Assembly (NCBI GenBank): GCA_024679065.1
Contig: JAGIQG010000004.1
Location: 90,396,001 to 90,460,000 of the forward strand
DNA: 64,000 bases
Direction of reading: 5' to 3'
Source of the DNA: Sphyrna mokarran
Taxonomy: Eukaryota
The stretch's first letter is position 1; the number at the start of each line of letters is the position of its first letter. Below the pieces are notes generated by a model. It was not told where the DNA came from and searched no databases. It was given only the letters and a program-made list of their open reading frames with translations. This document shows, one piece after another, positions 24,230 through 35,700 of the stretch. The position numbers and the translations under genes were made by a program.

Positions 24230-24960
24230 TGTTACACTATGGGCACTAAATTTGTAAACCATGTAAGGGGCATTCGTCGATGGCTATCATAACTTTTAAC
24301 TCTATAACAAAGAATATGTTTGGAGATTAACTTCTGATGTCTGAAGTTTATTAGATGCTTGTTGGAACTGTCTTATATTAACAATTGTTAGGAACAAAGT
24401 TTAAATTATATTTATTTTTGTGTGTAAAGAAAAGTGAAACAAAGTTTTAGTTCCATTTAGAGATTTTTTTGTGACTTGGTGCTGGAAAATCTGGAGGCCC
24501 TATTTGTACACATGAATTTTCAACAAAGTTCTACAACATTTGAATTGGAGGTATGGGTTACATCGGGTTAATGGATCAGTAAATTTAAAAAAAAAACAAA
24601 GTAAAAAATTGTGCTGTTGCCCTGCAACTTGGACCCAGGAACAGGCAGAGACAAAGGCAAAGACTGGGGGTCAGTGTGTGTATATCAGTGAGTGGAAGCA
24701 AAAGTTCAAAACTCTCGAGTAAGAAATCCTGCAAGACTGCTGGGAACTGAGTTTCAGAAACTGATTTGTTTGCAGTGAACTTGAAGTAATAGTGAGTTTA
24801 GATTGTGGATTTTGTGTATCTCAAGGACAGATACCAGCTGGGAAAAAAAGCATGCTCAAAAATTTGCCAGAAGAAAGCCACTTGCTACTGAGTCAGCCCA
24901 AGTCTGAAGCCTTGATTTTGAGATAGTGGCAAATCTTCACTGGGATTTTGTGTCTCATGC

Positions 24961-24995
24961 CACTAGCTTTCGGAATGCTGCTCCTTCACCAGGTA
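24961..24995 (-). ncRNA. Mutated hammerhead motif on the opposite arm
   Basis: Minus strand UAC-CUGGUGA-AGGAGC-AGC-AUUCC-GAAA-GC-UA-GUG. The core CUGANGA is changed to CUGGUGA and stem II is weakened. Confidence 0.55.
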
Positions 24996-25760
24996 AGTGG
25001 GACATCTATTCACAAACAGGACATTTAAGGACACAAACTCAATTTATAGTACAATGATTGGAATGCGAGTCTTTACAGCTAATCGAGTCTTAAAGTTACA
25101 GACAATGTGAGTGGAGACAGCATGAACCACAGGTTAAAGAGGTGTATATTATCTCCAACCAGGACGGTTAGTGAGATTTTGCAAGTCCAGGCAAATCGCG
25201 GGGGTTACAGATAGTGTGACATGAACCCAAGATCCTGGTTAAGACCGTCCTCATGTGTGCAGAACTTGGCAATCAGTCTCTGCTCAGTGACTCTGCGCTG
25301 TCGTGTGTCATGAAGGCTGCCTTGGAGAACACTTACCTGAAGATCAGAGGCCGCATACTTGTAACCGCTGAAGTGTTGGACACTTCAGCGGTCACGGGCA
25401 TTTGGTTTTTGGTGTTCAGGTAAGCGTTCTCCAAGGTGGCTTTCACGACACATGACAGCGCAGAGTCACTGAGCAGAGACTGATTGCCAAGTTCCGCACA
25501 CATGAGGACGGTCTTAACCAGGATCTTGGGTTCATGTCACACTATCTGTAACCCCCGCGACTTGCCTGGACTTGCAAAATCTCACTAACTGTCCTGGTTT
25601 GAGACAATACACATCTCTTTAACCTGTACTTAATGCTCTTTCTACTCACATTGTCTGTACTTTTGAGACTTGATCAGCTGTAAAGACTTGCATTCCAATC
25701 ATTATACTGTAAATTGAGTTTGTGTCTTTAAATGACTTGCTCGTAAACAGATCTCCCACT

Positions 25761-25795
25761 TACCTGACGAAGGAGCAATGCTCCGAAAGCTAGTG
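25761..25795 (+). ncRNA. Minimal type I hammerhead ribozyme motif in a Penelope pLTR
   Basis: UAC-CUGACGA-A-GGAGC-AAU-GCUCC-GAAA-GC-UA-GUG. Both core boxes are intact, with a 5-bp stem II, short stem I (UAC/GUG) and palindromic AGCU in place of stem III. Confidence 0.75.
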
Positions 25796-27000
25796 GCTTT
25801 TGCTACCAAATAAACCTGTTGGACTTTGACCTGGTGTTGTGAGATTTCTTGCGTGTTTACCCCAATCCAATGCCGGCATCTCCACACCATTTTGTGTCTA
25901 TCAGGGCATTGCTGACATAAAAAGGGACAGTGTGAATTTGAATCATTTTCCAGTGTTTGCATTGAAATCTTTCCAACCTTTTTTGTCCAGTGTAAAATAG
26001 TTAATTTTTCTTGTTTAATAAATGTTTTATTTTTTGTGTTAAAAGTTCATGGCAGACTACTGTGAATGTGTTCAATAACTGACATCCATAGTTTCTGAAA
26101 AAAACAAAGTTAGGATCTATCAAGCTAGGTTTTCTTCTGGGATCTGATTTGTCCAGTATTAACATCAGCTAGGACTGCAACATCATTCCAAAATATATTA
26201 ACCATTCAGAAATCAAATCATTAACAATTGGAAAACCCCATGCAGCCAAAGAGATTGTGCAATGAAATCAGACTTTGATATCCAGAAACTAACATCATTT
26301 TATTAACAGCAGGTTACACAATTATTGAACTGGTTTATTCTTGTTGCTGGAGTTATTTCATGGCTTTGTTCTCTCTGAGACAATCTCTTTTCCAGTGCGA
26401 TTTTACTGTTTGGACCAGGAGTCTGAAGTTTGGGGTTTGGTCACTTTCTTGAAAACATTCGGTTGTCAAGGTAGAAAAAGTTACTTTAACCGGAGTGAAG
26501 GTTGCTGCCTCCACTTATCTCTGACCCAAAGCCAAAATACCTTGGCATTGCTCTTCATTGTACATTGACTAATCAGCAACTCCTCCAGAACACCAGAGTC
26601 AGGGTCAAGATGAGAGAGAACCTAATATGAAAGCTGCTGAGTATCACCTAGGACAGCAGAGCCAACAGACTACACATAGCTTCAGTTGCCCTAGTCTACC
26701 CAATAGCAGAGCATTGCTGCTCAGCCTGTCCCAGGAGCCACCTGGTAATGGATGTTCACCTCCAGGAAGCAAGGAGGATTAGTGCTGGAAAGTTGATCCC
26801 AGCATGGCTCAGTTGGCTTCCCTGTGCCTCCTGATGTCTGCAGGTAAGCATCATCCTCAAAGAACACATTGGCTGACAGTTACTGAAGTACTCCCATTGA
26901 GCCAGGACTTCAAAAACAGTCATTAGGTACCTTTCTGCAATCTCTTAGTCCCACAAACTGATAACAGATGACCTCTCCTGCTGAGTTGTAAACACCACCA

Positions 27001-27170
27001 AAAGATGTGCGGGTTAGGTGGATTGGCCAGGCTAAATTGCCCTTTGCTCTCAGGGGGGTTAGCAAAGTAAATATCTGGGGTTAGAAAGATAAGGCCTGTG
27101 TGAGATTGTTATTGGTGACAGTTCGATGGACCGAGTGGCCTCCTTCTGTATTGTAAGAATTCTATGATTC
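27001..27170 (+). mobile_element. 5'-truncated HE1 SINE
   Basis: AAAGATGTGCGGGTTAGGTGGATTGGCCAGGCTAAATTGCCC...TGGCCTCCTTCTGTATTGTAAGAATTCTATGATTC. Confidence 0.8.
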
Positions 27171-27879
27171 TTATCTAATATCTGACCTGAATGGTGAATA
27201 TCCAGGTTTCAATCGTCCATGGAAAATCTGGATAACCGGAAACTGCTAAAGGATGGATCGGGAAAGATCTGTCACTTGCTTCACAAGTGGAACATGAGGA
27301 ACAGCTTAATACATCCCCGGTGGCAGGCCTGGGATAGAAATGCCTACTTAATTTATCCCCAACCCGCCCTCCTTCCTGGAGCCACTTTTGTCATAGAGCT
27401 ACAACTGCAGACTTTGGCATCCTCTAGAGACAGTGCCTCTTCTTCAAATCATTTTAATGTTTTCCAACATTCTCAGAGGCATTTCTACTTACAGATCCCC
27501 ACATTCCTCTGTGTGCCTCTAACACTGCATATGTTTTCTTGAAGAATGTCATTATCCCATCTTCTCATGTCTGCCTGGTGTCACAGTAAGAAGTTCCACA
27601 TGTGACAAATCATTTGGATTACTTTGCTGTCCAATAACCTGACCAAAGACTTTTAATGTTTCATAGTTATTTCATAAAATTCAAATCCTTTTAAGGTCTC
27701 TCATGTAATGGACAGTGTCATTCCCACTGGTTATTATTTTGACAGATTAGTGTGGATTACAGTTCACTATTTAATGTTCTGGAGCATATTTGCTGACCCT
27801 TATGTTAATTGCTCAGGCTTCTGTCATGGTTTCTGTCAGCGCAGAAATGGTGCATGCATTGATTGAGTTTCTCTAACTC

Positions 27880-28076
27880 AGTTCCTCAGAGGTTATTTAG
27901 CTTAGTTGGTCTGTAAAGTTAGTGATGCGCACTTCAATTCCTGTAACCGGCTGAGGTTATTCATGAAGACCCCACCTTCTCAACCTTGCACCTCACCTGA
28001 GATGTAGTGATCCTCAGGTTGAAGCATAACTAATCAGCCTATGTTCATCTGTTGACTATGGCAACTCTTTTATTTT
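27880..28076 (+). mobile_element. tRNA-derived SINE of a further family (degraded)
   Basis: A-box-like TAGCTTAGTTGG, B-box-like TTCAATTCC, body CCGGCTGAGGTTATTCATGAAG...TGATCCTCAGGTT, and end GACTATGGCAACT plus a T-rich tail. Confidence 0.55.
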
Positions 28077-28084
28077 AACTTAAG

Positions 28085-28380
28085 TGGTATGGTGGCACAG
28101 CACTTAGCATTGCTGCCTTACAGCACCAAGGACCTGGGTTCAATTCCAGCCTCCAGTGACTGTCTCTGTGGAGCTTGCATGTTTTCTGATATTCTCCCTT
28201 ACTCCAAAGATGTACGAGTTAGGATGATTGGCAATATTAATTTGACCATTAGTGTCCGGGGAACAAAGGGGGTAAATATGTAGGGTTACAGCTATAGGGC
28301 CTGAGTGAGAATGTTGTTGGTGCAGGCTCAATGGGCTGAATGGCCTCTTTCTACACGGTTTCTATAATTCTATTCTATGA
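28085..28380 (+). mobile_element. HE1 SINE
   Basis: TGGTGGCACAGCACTTAGCATTGCTGCCTTACAGCACCAAGGACCTGGGTTCAATTCC, with tail TTCTATAATTCTATTCTATGA. Confidence 0.85.
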
Positions 28381-28452
28381 TATCAATGGGGACGAAGTAG
28401 AAAGGGTCAAGTGCTTCAAGTGATTGTTTAGGTGTCCAGATCACCAACGATC
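28381..28452 (+). mobile_element. Internal Rex1/Babar-type LINE fragment
   Basis: Reads INGDEVERVKCFK..LGVQITNDL, the typical I.G..VE.V..FKFLGV.I...L RT-thumb motif. Confidence 0.65.
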
Positions 28453-30093
28453 TGGAGGGAAAACAGCGATTGAGGCGGACTAGGGGTTTGGTATGACAGG
28501 GGTGTCCAGTTCCCTAAGAGGTCTGTATCCCAAAGCAGGGATCTGCCAGAGTGGAAGTTAGAATTCATGGACCTTATCAATCCCAAAGAGTTTGGAGCTG
28601 CCGGGGTGACACTGAAATAAAATGTATGCTTCAGTCCCGACTGATAACTATCTTCCTTTAGTGCAATGAATCTTTTTCTCGTAAAGAAGGTTTTTGCCAT
28701 CAATTGTGTGCAACAACCCTGCCTCTGCGCTGTTTACTTACAGAAATTCATCTTCATTTTTTATTTAAATTTATCATATTCCAGAAGATAGTGCCATCCT
28801 CTCTCTGTATCCTCAACGATTCTTCCCATTGCCCAGTGTGGAGCAGCTTGCCGCAAATAAAAGCATTGCTTTCTAACTATGGTCTAAGTAAGGTAGTCAG
28901 TCCTTGCAAAATACCATGAGGAAATCATTTCTTCTTCTTTTTCCTGAAAAGCTTACAGGAACCTTGCCATTTATTCTCCTTTCATCATCCAGGTTTATTG
29001 GAATCTCAGATCTTTAACACCTTTTCAGTCTTTGATGCAATAATGAATGATATGGTGTGACAGTCCACCCTACAATCAAAGATCATTCACATTTTAAAGG
29101 TTATTCTCTGTGTGCTTTAAGAAAGCAGCATGTTCTTCAGAGAGTCCTGATTTCTCCTTTTCTATTCCTATGGAGTCCAATGGTTGATGTTCTTCAGTCT
29201 CTTGTTGTGAATCAGTCTTCTTTGCAAAAGGAGAACTTTACGTTCTGCTTACCAGCAACGCTGTTAAACTTTTCTCCTAATTTATTGATAATGACATCCT
29301 TCCAGATGAGGGGAAAAACCTTAATGTCTCTAAGCTGTCTTGTCTACAGGCCAAAAATATTGTGAGAGACATAATCCCATTTAACTGTAACTTGAGCAGG
29401 GGTAAGAGCCGGAGATTGGCATAAGCTGTAGTTGTGAATAGAGAATTATCGAAGCGCAGAATCCACAGTTAAGAACATTGTTGCTTATTGTTGTTAAAAA
29501 GTAGATAGCATACTTGGGGAAGGTATAGAATAAAGGGTAGAGGGTATGGTTTAAATTTGCAGGAAACCTAAATTCAACACAGCTACTTAAACTTGGCATT
29601 AAGTTCTGAAGTTTCATTTTGGACTTTGCAAGGATTTAACCCATAGTATGTTCTCAAAAATGATCAAAGTTGACATTGATGCTCTTGAAAGGCAGATAAG
29701 GTCTGGGTAAATGCTATGATCTGAAATTTTCAAATATCCCGCTCTTTAAATATGAAACAAAAACAACTATAAGCTGTCAGTCAGAGTTAAAAAGGCATCT
29801 GTTAGACTGCTCTGATTGAAGGTCATCTGCTGCAAATTAGAAAAAAGTATATAATCTGTGCAGTTTCAAAAGAACTCTTTTTTACTAATTCTCTGAGGGC
29901 TATTACTATGTCACCATGAATGCTTGGCTGAGCAGGAAGTTCTGAATGCACAGTTTGATTGACAATTTAAATAGTCCATTAAAAGATTAGTTGTGTTTGA
30001 TGTGGGATCTGAACAGAAGTTTGTGTTTTAGAAAAGATTAACTGCTTGAGATTCAAAAGTTTTGAATTATTTTCTTTAATGGAAGTTTTCAAG

Positions 30094-31056
30094 GCAGCAA
30101 TTCTCCGTAACGACCCACTAAATTTTTAATGGGTCAGGTTGGGAGACACATGGGTGCAGATTCGTGGGATTTGGGGCGCATGTGCATCTCCCATTGCTGG
30201 AGAGCAAGTGCGGTTGGGACCATGCCGGAAACTGGCAGGAAGACCAGGTAAGTACTTTACTTTAAATCCATTTTTAATATAACTTAAATGTGATTATCAA
30301 GCCTGGAGAATTGGAACTCCACTGGAGTAAAGAGGGGGGCAGAGTGGTGGGGGGCAACTGGGACCCCCAGTGGTTGAGCGGTGGGGGGATGTCTCCTGGG
30401 TATGGGCACTTTGCCCCTTGGACAGTGCCAGGAGGCACAGGCTGGCACTGCCTGGGTGCCCATGCCCAGATGAAACCATGGCCTATTGTGGGTGGGTCTG
30501 AGAGGCAATTGGTGGGGGTGGGGACGGTCATGCTGTCATTCTGCATGGGGATCAGTCTGAGCTGGAGAGAAAACAGCGATTGGGATGGACTAGGAGTTTG
30601 TTATGACGGGGGCGTCTACCTCCCCGAGGGGTCTGCATCCCAAACAGAGATCTGCCAGGGTGGGGGTTGGAGGATCATTACTGCTGGGGAGAAGGTGCTG
30701 GAGTTTGATGCGCTCTGAGACCCTGGGGTGTTGGGGATGGCCTGTGAATGCTTATGTGGGCCACAATTGGGCCACGGGTGGCTTTGGAAGGACAGCACGG
30801 TGGGGAATCCCAGGCTGGCCAGCAAACTTCAGGCTGAAAATTGGGGGTCACCGCACAGGCGCAGAGTTCCGGAGCTGTCAGAATCTGGTATGAATAGGCC
30901 CCACACCCTGAGCATTTAATAATATTCACGTTTGTGACCTCTGCATTGCACAGTGTAGGAGATTTGTCTATGAACTCCCATTGAAAAAAACAATCATGAT
31001 ATACACCAGTTTTCCTACCAGTTCAGCACTTTGAAATTTTTTGGGAGACTTGCCCC
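30094..31056. mobile_element. Non-autonomous Harbinger-like element
   Basis: Termini GCAGCAATTCTCC and revcomp GGGGCAAGTCTCC. The right subterminal region is homologous to 4580-4638 and 53405-53467. GC-rich interior. Confidence 0.75.
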
Positions 31057-31817
31057 ACCCCTCTCCCCCTCCAAGTGTGTATGAGTGAGAGTTGTATTAA
31101 ATCGTTGGAAGTTTATTTCTTTTTCATCCCCATGCCACCACATTGGATAAGTTTCTATGGAGGCGGCATAAGACTATGATGGGAAATACCTCTTCACTTC
31201 TGACTAATGTAAATATTGACACTTTTGTATGTTTGCTTGTATCACAGTATATTCTGAACTTCAAACTAATATTTATATATTAAATTGACTACAAATGACC
31301 ACAAAAATGCACCTGCCTGAGTATTACCTGATTTATTGTATGGATTGAAATACTTCTCTGACCTCAAGAGATAATAAAAGGAATTTGTTAAACTGATGAT
31401 GACTCAATGCCTTTTCCTGAAACTATTTCAAAAGGCTAATTTTAAAATGAAAAAATCATTCATATGCAAAGATACTGACTATGCTAACTCTCAAGGTATG
31501 GAATCTACAACAAACAGTGCATAATCAATTTAACTACCCACCTTATTTGGAAAAGAGTTTTGTAAAAGGTCAAATGATGAGGCAGCCATGCTTTCTATTC
31601 CATCAAAAAGCCATCCAACCAGCAATATCTTGAAAACAGCTATACCTTGAAAGAGGGATTGGATCCTTTCCAACTTTGAGTTCACCTGAGAACCACTTCT
31701 TGGAGTTTGCACCACAAGAACCCTTCCAGCTTCTGAGAACCTTGTTTTACAAAGACCTTCACTTCAACAAAGCATCAATTTTATCTAAGAAACTACAGGT
31801 CTGTCAGGATTTATGAG

Positions 31818-32009
31818 TAGTAAGGAGTCTCACAACATCAGGTTAAAGTCCAACATTTGTTAAAACAAGCTTTCGGAGCACTGCCCCTTCAACTGACGAA
31901 AGGACAGCACTCCAAGAGTTCATGCTACCAAATAAAGCTGTTGAACTTTAACTTGGTGTTGTGAGACTTTTTACTGTCCCTTCTCCAGTCCAACGCTGGC
32001 ATCTCTCCA
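31818..32009. mobile_element. Mini-palindromic Penelope pLTR insertion
   Basis: AGTCTCACAACATCAGGTTAAAGTCCAACA is inverted against TGTTGAACTTTAACTTGGTGTTGTGAGACT. Decayed hammerhead remnants lie at the centre. TSD TCAGGATTTATGAG at 31804-31817 and 32010-32023. Confidence 0.85.
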
Positions 32010-32105
32010 TCAGGATTTATGAGACAATCATAAATCGCATTGGTATTATCTTCATCTGTATTTAACCTTTGTTGTGAGAGTTTGTGTATAATGGATAGTG
32101 GCTGC

Positions 32106-32218
32106 TGGCAGGAACTTCCAGCTCTGCTGAAGTCACCAGTGTTTTATGCGGCTCACCTATCCACTGCCAGGGAAGCAGCCATGGGTGCTTGCCTTTGAAA
32201 GGTCGAAAAATCCTGCCT
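32106..32218. mobile_element. Short Harbinger-like MITE
   Basis: TIR-like ends TGGCAGGAACTTCC and revcomp AGGCAGGATTTTTC. Confidence 0.5.
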
Positions 32219-32719
32219 ATTGTGTTTTTTTCTAACCCTGGGGCAAGCCTATGATAATAAATAACCTTTCTTACTTTTAAAAACTCAACTAAAACTTGTT
32301 GCTAGTATTTATTTACTCAGCCAATCACTCTGAGGGTTTGAAAGTATACACCTCTATTACACAAACATATTTATCATGGGTAGTAAAAAAGGAATTCATA
32401 ACTTCTGTCCAGGAAAATAGTAATCTAGTTCTTTCCTTCTAATTCAAATTTTAGTGTTGTGTCCTGTCTGACCTGATGACATAAACCTGATTATAAACTG
32501 AAACAGCCTTGACTTACACAACTTTGCATTTGTGTTTTAAGAGAATAGGATGATGAAAGCTTTGTTATGAGGTTTTATATCCAGATTCCATGATTAAAAT
32601 GAATAATGGTAGTGGGAGTGGCTCTTTAAAAGAATTCTGTTTCTTATGAAAAGACTATTTGGTTAGTGTCAGTTTATGCATGTGCCAGAAATATCCTTGA
32701 TCAGACAAACAGCTGTGGA

Positions 32720-35700
32720 GCAAGTAGCTGCAGCCACTAACCTCTCATATTTCAGGAAATGCTACATCCATAGCAGTGTGAAACCGAGATTAGCTGAAAG
32801 AAACACAGCTTACAGTCACCACCACAATTGCATTGATATTTATAAATATAATTGAGTGTTCTTCAAAATTCCATGACAGATCTTCATCTATGATTAAATG
32901 GTGCTCAGTTCTGGTAAAGTTTTGGTTTTGTTCATGGGCTGGGAGATTAGAATTGCTGATCTTTCATACTTTTACTGGAATTTCCAGAAATCAAGCATTA
33001 ATCTTGTTGTTTGTCATGGTATTTCTAGTGTTTCCTTACTGGCAGCTTTGCTGTGGAACAGGGGATCTTTAAAAGGCCAATCATGTGATGCATGGCCATC
33101 ATCAGCCATTTGCACAGAGAAACATAGCAGGCAGGATGGTAAAATTCCCGCAGGAGTTGTGGCAAAAAGGGTCACATTGAACATGCTTTTGAAAAAGGAA
33201 CAAGTTTTAAACAAAAAGTTGCAAACAGCAGGAGTTGAATGAATGAAATGAGAAGCTGAGTAAAGGAAAAAGTATCCAAGTGATAGAAAAAGGGCATAAG
33301 AGGACTCACAGTCTGAAGATGAACTGTCATTGAATATATTGGCTACTGCTGCTGAAATAAATTGTTTCTGAATCACTGTTGGACGGACAGCTGGAGAAGT
33401 GGAGATTGACACCACAGCATCAGTCTCGTTGGTACCAGAAACTGTTTATCAAGAAAAGCTCCAACTACCACTTTGAAATTCTCAAAGATAGTATTAAAAG
33501 CCTGTAATGGAGAATTGGTTCAGTTGAGGGGCCATATTGATGTAACAGTACATTGAATGGACAGATGGAAGATTTATCCTTATACATAGTCAGAGGAAAT
33601 TATCTAGCACCAGTTGGGAAAACCTGACCTTAGTAAGCCTAAGAAAGATTGAAGTCGATTTATATTTTGAGGTTCAGGTGCCTGAAAAAGTCACTTTTGA
33701 AGATGATTTATGCAGTTTCTTGGCATCAATGACATGACCCAGATATTCAATCAAAGATTGGAAAAATTCAAATTTGTCTTTTCAGACTCTATCCATAATC
33801 TTCCAATCTCTAGAATGTGGCATCTAAGTTGTGAAAATGGAATTGATTAATTTGCCCCATGGTAAACCTCATGACAGATTCCAAAGCAGGCTCAATCAGA
33901 ATCTTGAAGAAACATGCCATTGTCTTTATTGATAAGCTGGGAAGTATGAAAGGTATTTCAGTAAAGCTGAAGTTCAGGAAAGAAAATCAGATGAAATGTT
34001 TAAAGGCTCTATGCAACACAGGAAGAATTAGACTTTATGATCAAAGCAGGATTCCTCAAACCCATTAATGTGACTGATGGGGCCATGTTGATTGAACCCG
34101 TGATGAAAAAAGATGGATCTGTATGCATTTGTGGTGATTTGAATGTCAGTATCTATCCTGTATATGTGCAGAGCAGTACCCTCTGCTCCTGATGCATGAC
34201 TTATTCGCTGGGTTTACTGAGACACCTCAGTAAAATTGACCTCAGTCAAGCATATCTTCAAATGAACGTGAATCCAGATTCACAACAGGTCTTGATAACG
34301 TTGATACAGAAAGAGTTATTTTGATATAAAAGACTACCATTTGGCATCACTTGCACATTAGCGTTGTCCCAAAAAGATATGGGCCAAATTTTACATGAAC
34401 TAGATGGAGTCCAGTGTTACTTAGATGATACCTTGGTTACTGGAAAGAATGAGTAAGAACATCTTCGCAACTTAAATGTCACATTCCAGAGATTGAAGAT
34501 TACGAATAGAGTCTGAAAAGATAAATTTGAATTTTTCCAATCTTTGATCAAATATCTGGGTTGTGACATTGATGCCAAGGGACTGCATAAATCACCTTCG
34601 AAAGTGACTTTTTCAGGGACCTGAACCTCAAAATGTAAACCAACATCAATTTTTCTTAAGCTTACTAACTTATTATTGGAAGATTTGTCCTTAATCTGGC
34701 TACTATTCTAAAACCCTTGCATCGCCTACTGTGTGAAAATGACAAATGGAAATGGGGGAGATCAACATGACAAAGCATTTGTACAAGCCAAGGAGATGCT
34801 CCTCAAGTCAAAAGTCCTGACACACTTTTGAATTTACCCCTGCAATTGGCATGTGACATATCACCTTATGGGGTGGTGGTGGTGGTTTTCATATAATCTC
34901 CACAGGTGAGGAGATGTTAATGGCCTTTGGATCGAGAACCTTGAATAAAGCGGAAATCAATTATGCGCAGATAGAAAAAGAAGCTCTAGGAATAATTTTT
35001 GCAATAAAATGGTTCTACCAATTCCTCTATGTGAAGAAATTCACTTTATTGACAGACTGTGGTCTACTAACAACAATTTTTGGACTTCAAACTAGCATTC
35101 CCTCACTGGCAGCTAGGGATCATCAGCACACAGAGATGTGATCAAGTATTGTCAGTCAAATTATCATGGAAATGCAGCTAGATTCTCCTGACTATCCTTA
35201 TCAAATAGTTTGCAAGGAAACATTTTATACTTCACATGAGTAGATAACACTGCTGTAACTGCAGTACAGATTAAGAAACACACCAGAAATGATCAATTAC
35301 TGTCAGAGGTTATGGATATAGTGCTTGAGGCAAGACCTCAGGAATAAAGTCTAAATTTAAGCCATATTCAGATTAAAGAATTGAATTATCCATATCGGCA
35401 GGTTGTCTCCTCTGGGGAATGAGGGTCATCATTCTACCGTGACTCAGAAAATGTATATTAAACAAATTACACAAAAGACACTGTGATAATTTAAGGCTGA
35501 AGAAGAGAGCCAGAAGCTATTTTTGATGGCTGGGACTCGATGAAGAAATTGAGGAGAAGGCACAAATGTATTTGTCTTGTGCCAAAATATGGAACCTGCT
35601 GTCATGATCCCTGTTAGACCTGTGGGAATGGCCAGAAGAAGCCTGGTAGTGGGTACATGTTGATTATACTGGACTGTTTGAAGGCAGTATGTTTGTCATT

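Larger units (their letters stand above)
24956..25888. mobile_element. Penelope-like element: two inverted 3' ends (GIY-YIG C-terminus plus pLTR) forming a palindrome
   Basis: Arms 24959-25376 and 25380-25797 (418 bp each) around a TGG spacer. The right arm encodes HFSGHGH...VSVLQGGFHDT*QRRVTEQRLIAKFRTHEDGLNQDLGFMSHY (GIY-YIG C-terminal E...I...GLN motif). TSD ATTTTGTGTCT at 24945-24955 and 25889-25899. Confidence 0.9.
24230..26182 (+). mobile_element. Possible solo LTR hosting the Penelope palindrome
   Basis: Begins TGTTAC and ends GCAACA (TG...CA with short inverted ends), with AATAAA about 165 bp before the end. Starts where the RTE sequence stops. No convincing TSD. Confidence 0.35.

Noticed and set aside
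24959-25797. Palindrome as a sequencing or assembly fold-back artefact
   Set aside because: The arms differ at many positions and the structure is bounded by an 11-bp TSD, which an artefact would not produce.
28560-29700. Possible old L1/Tx1-type LINE on the minus strand
   Set aside because: The composition is suggestive, but I could not read a diagnostic endonuclease or RT motif.
30274-30929. Cluster of overlapping ORFs on both strands (also 3897-4544, 12567-13337, 42684-43277)
   Set aside because: These lie in GC-rich MITE interiors where stop codons are rare, and no protein motifs are recognisable.
33014-33415. 133-aa minus-strand ORF
   Set aside because: It is antisense to the Gypsy gag/protease region and has no independent support.
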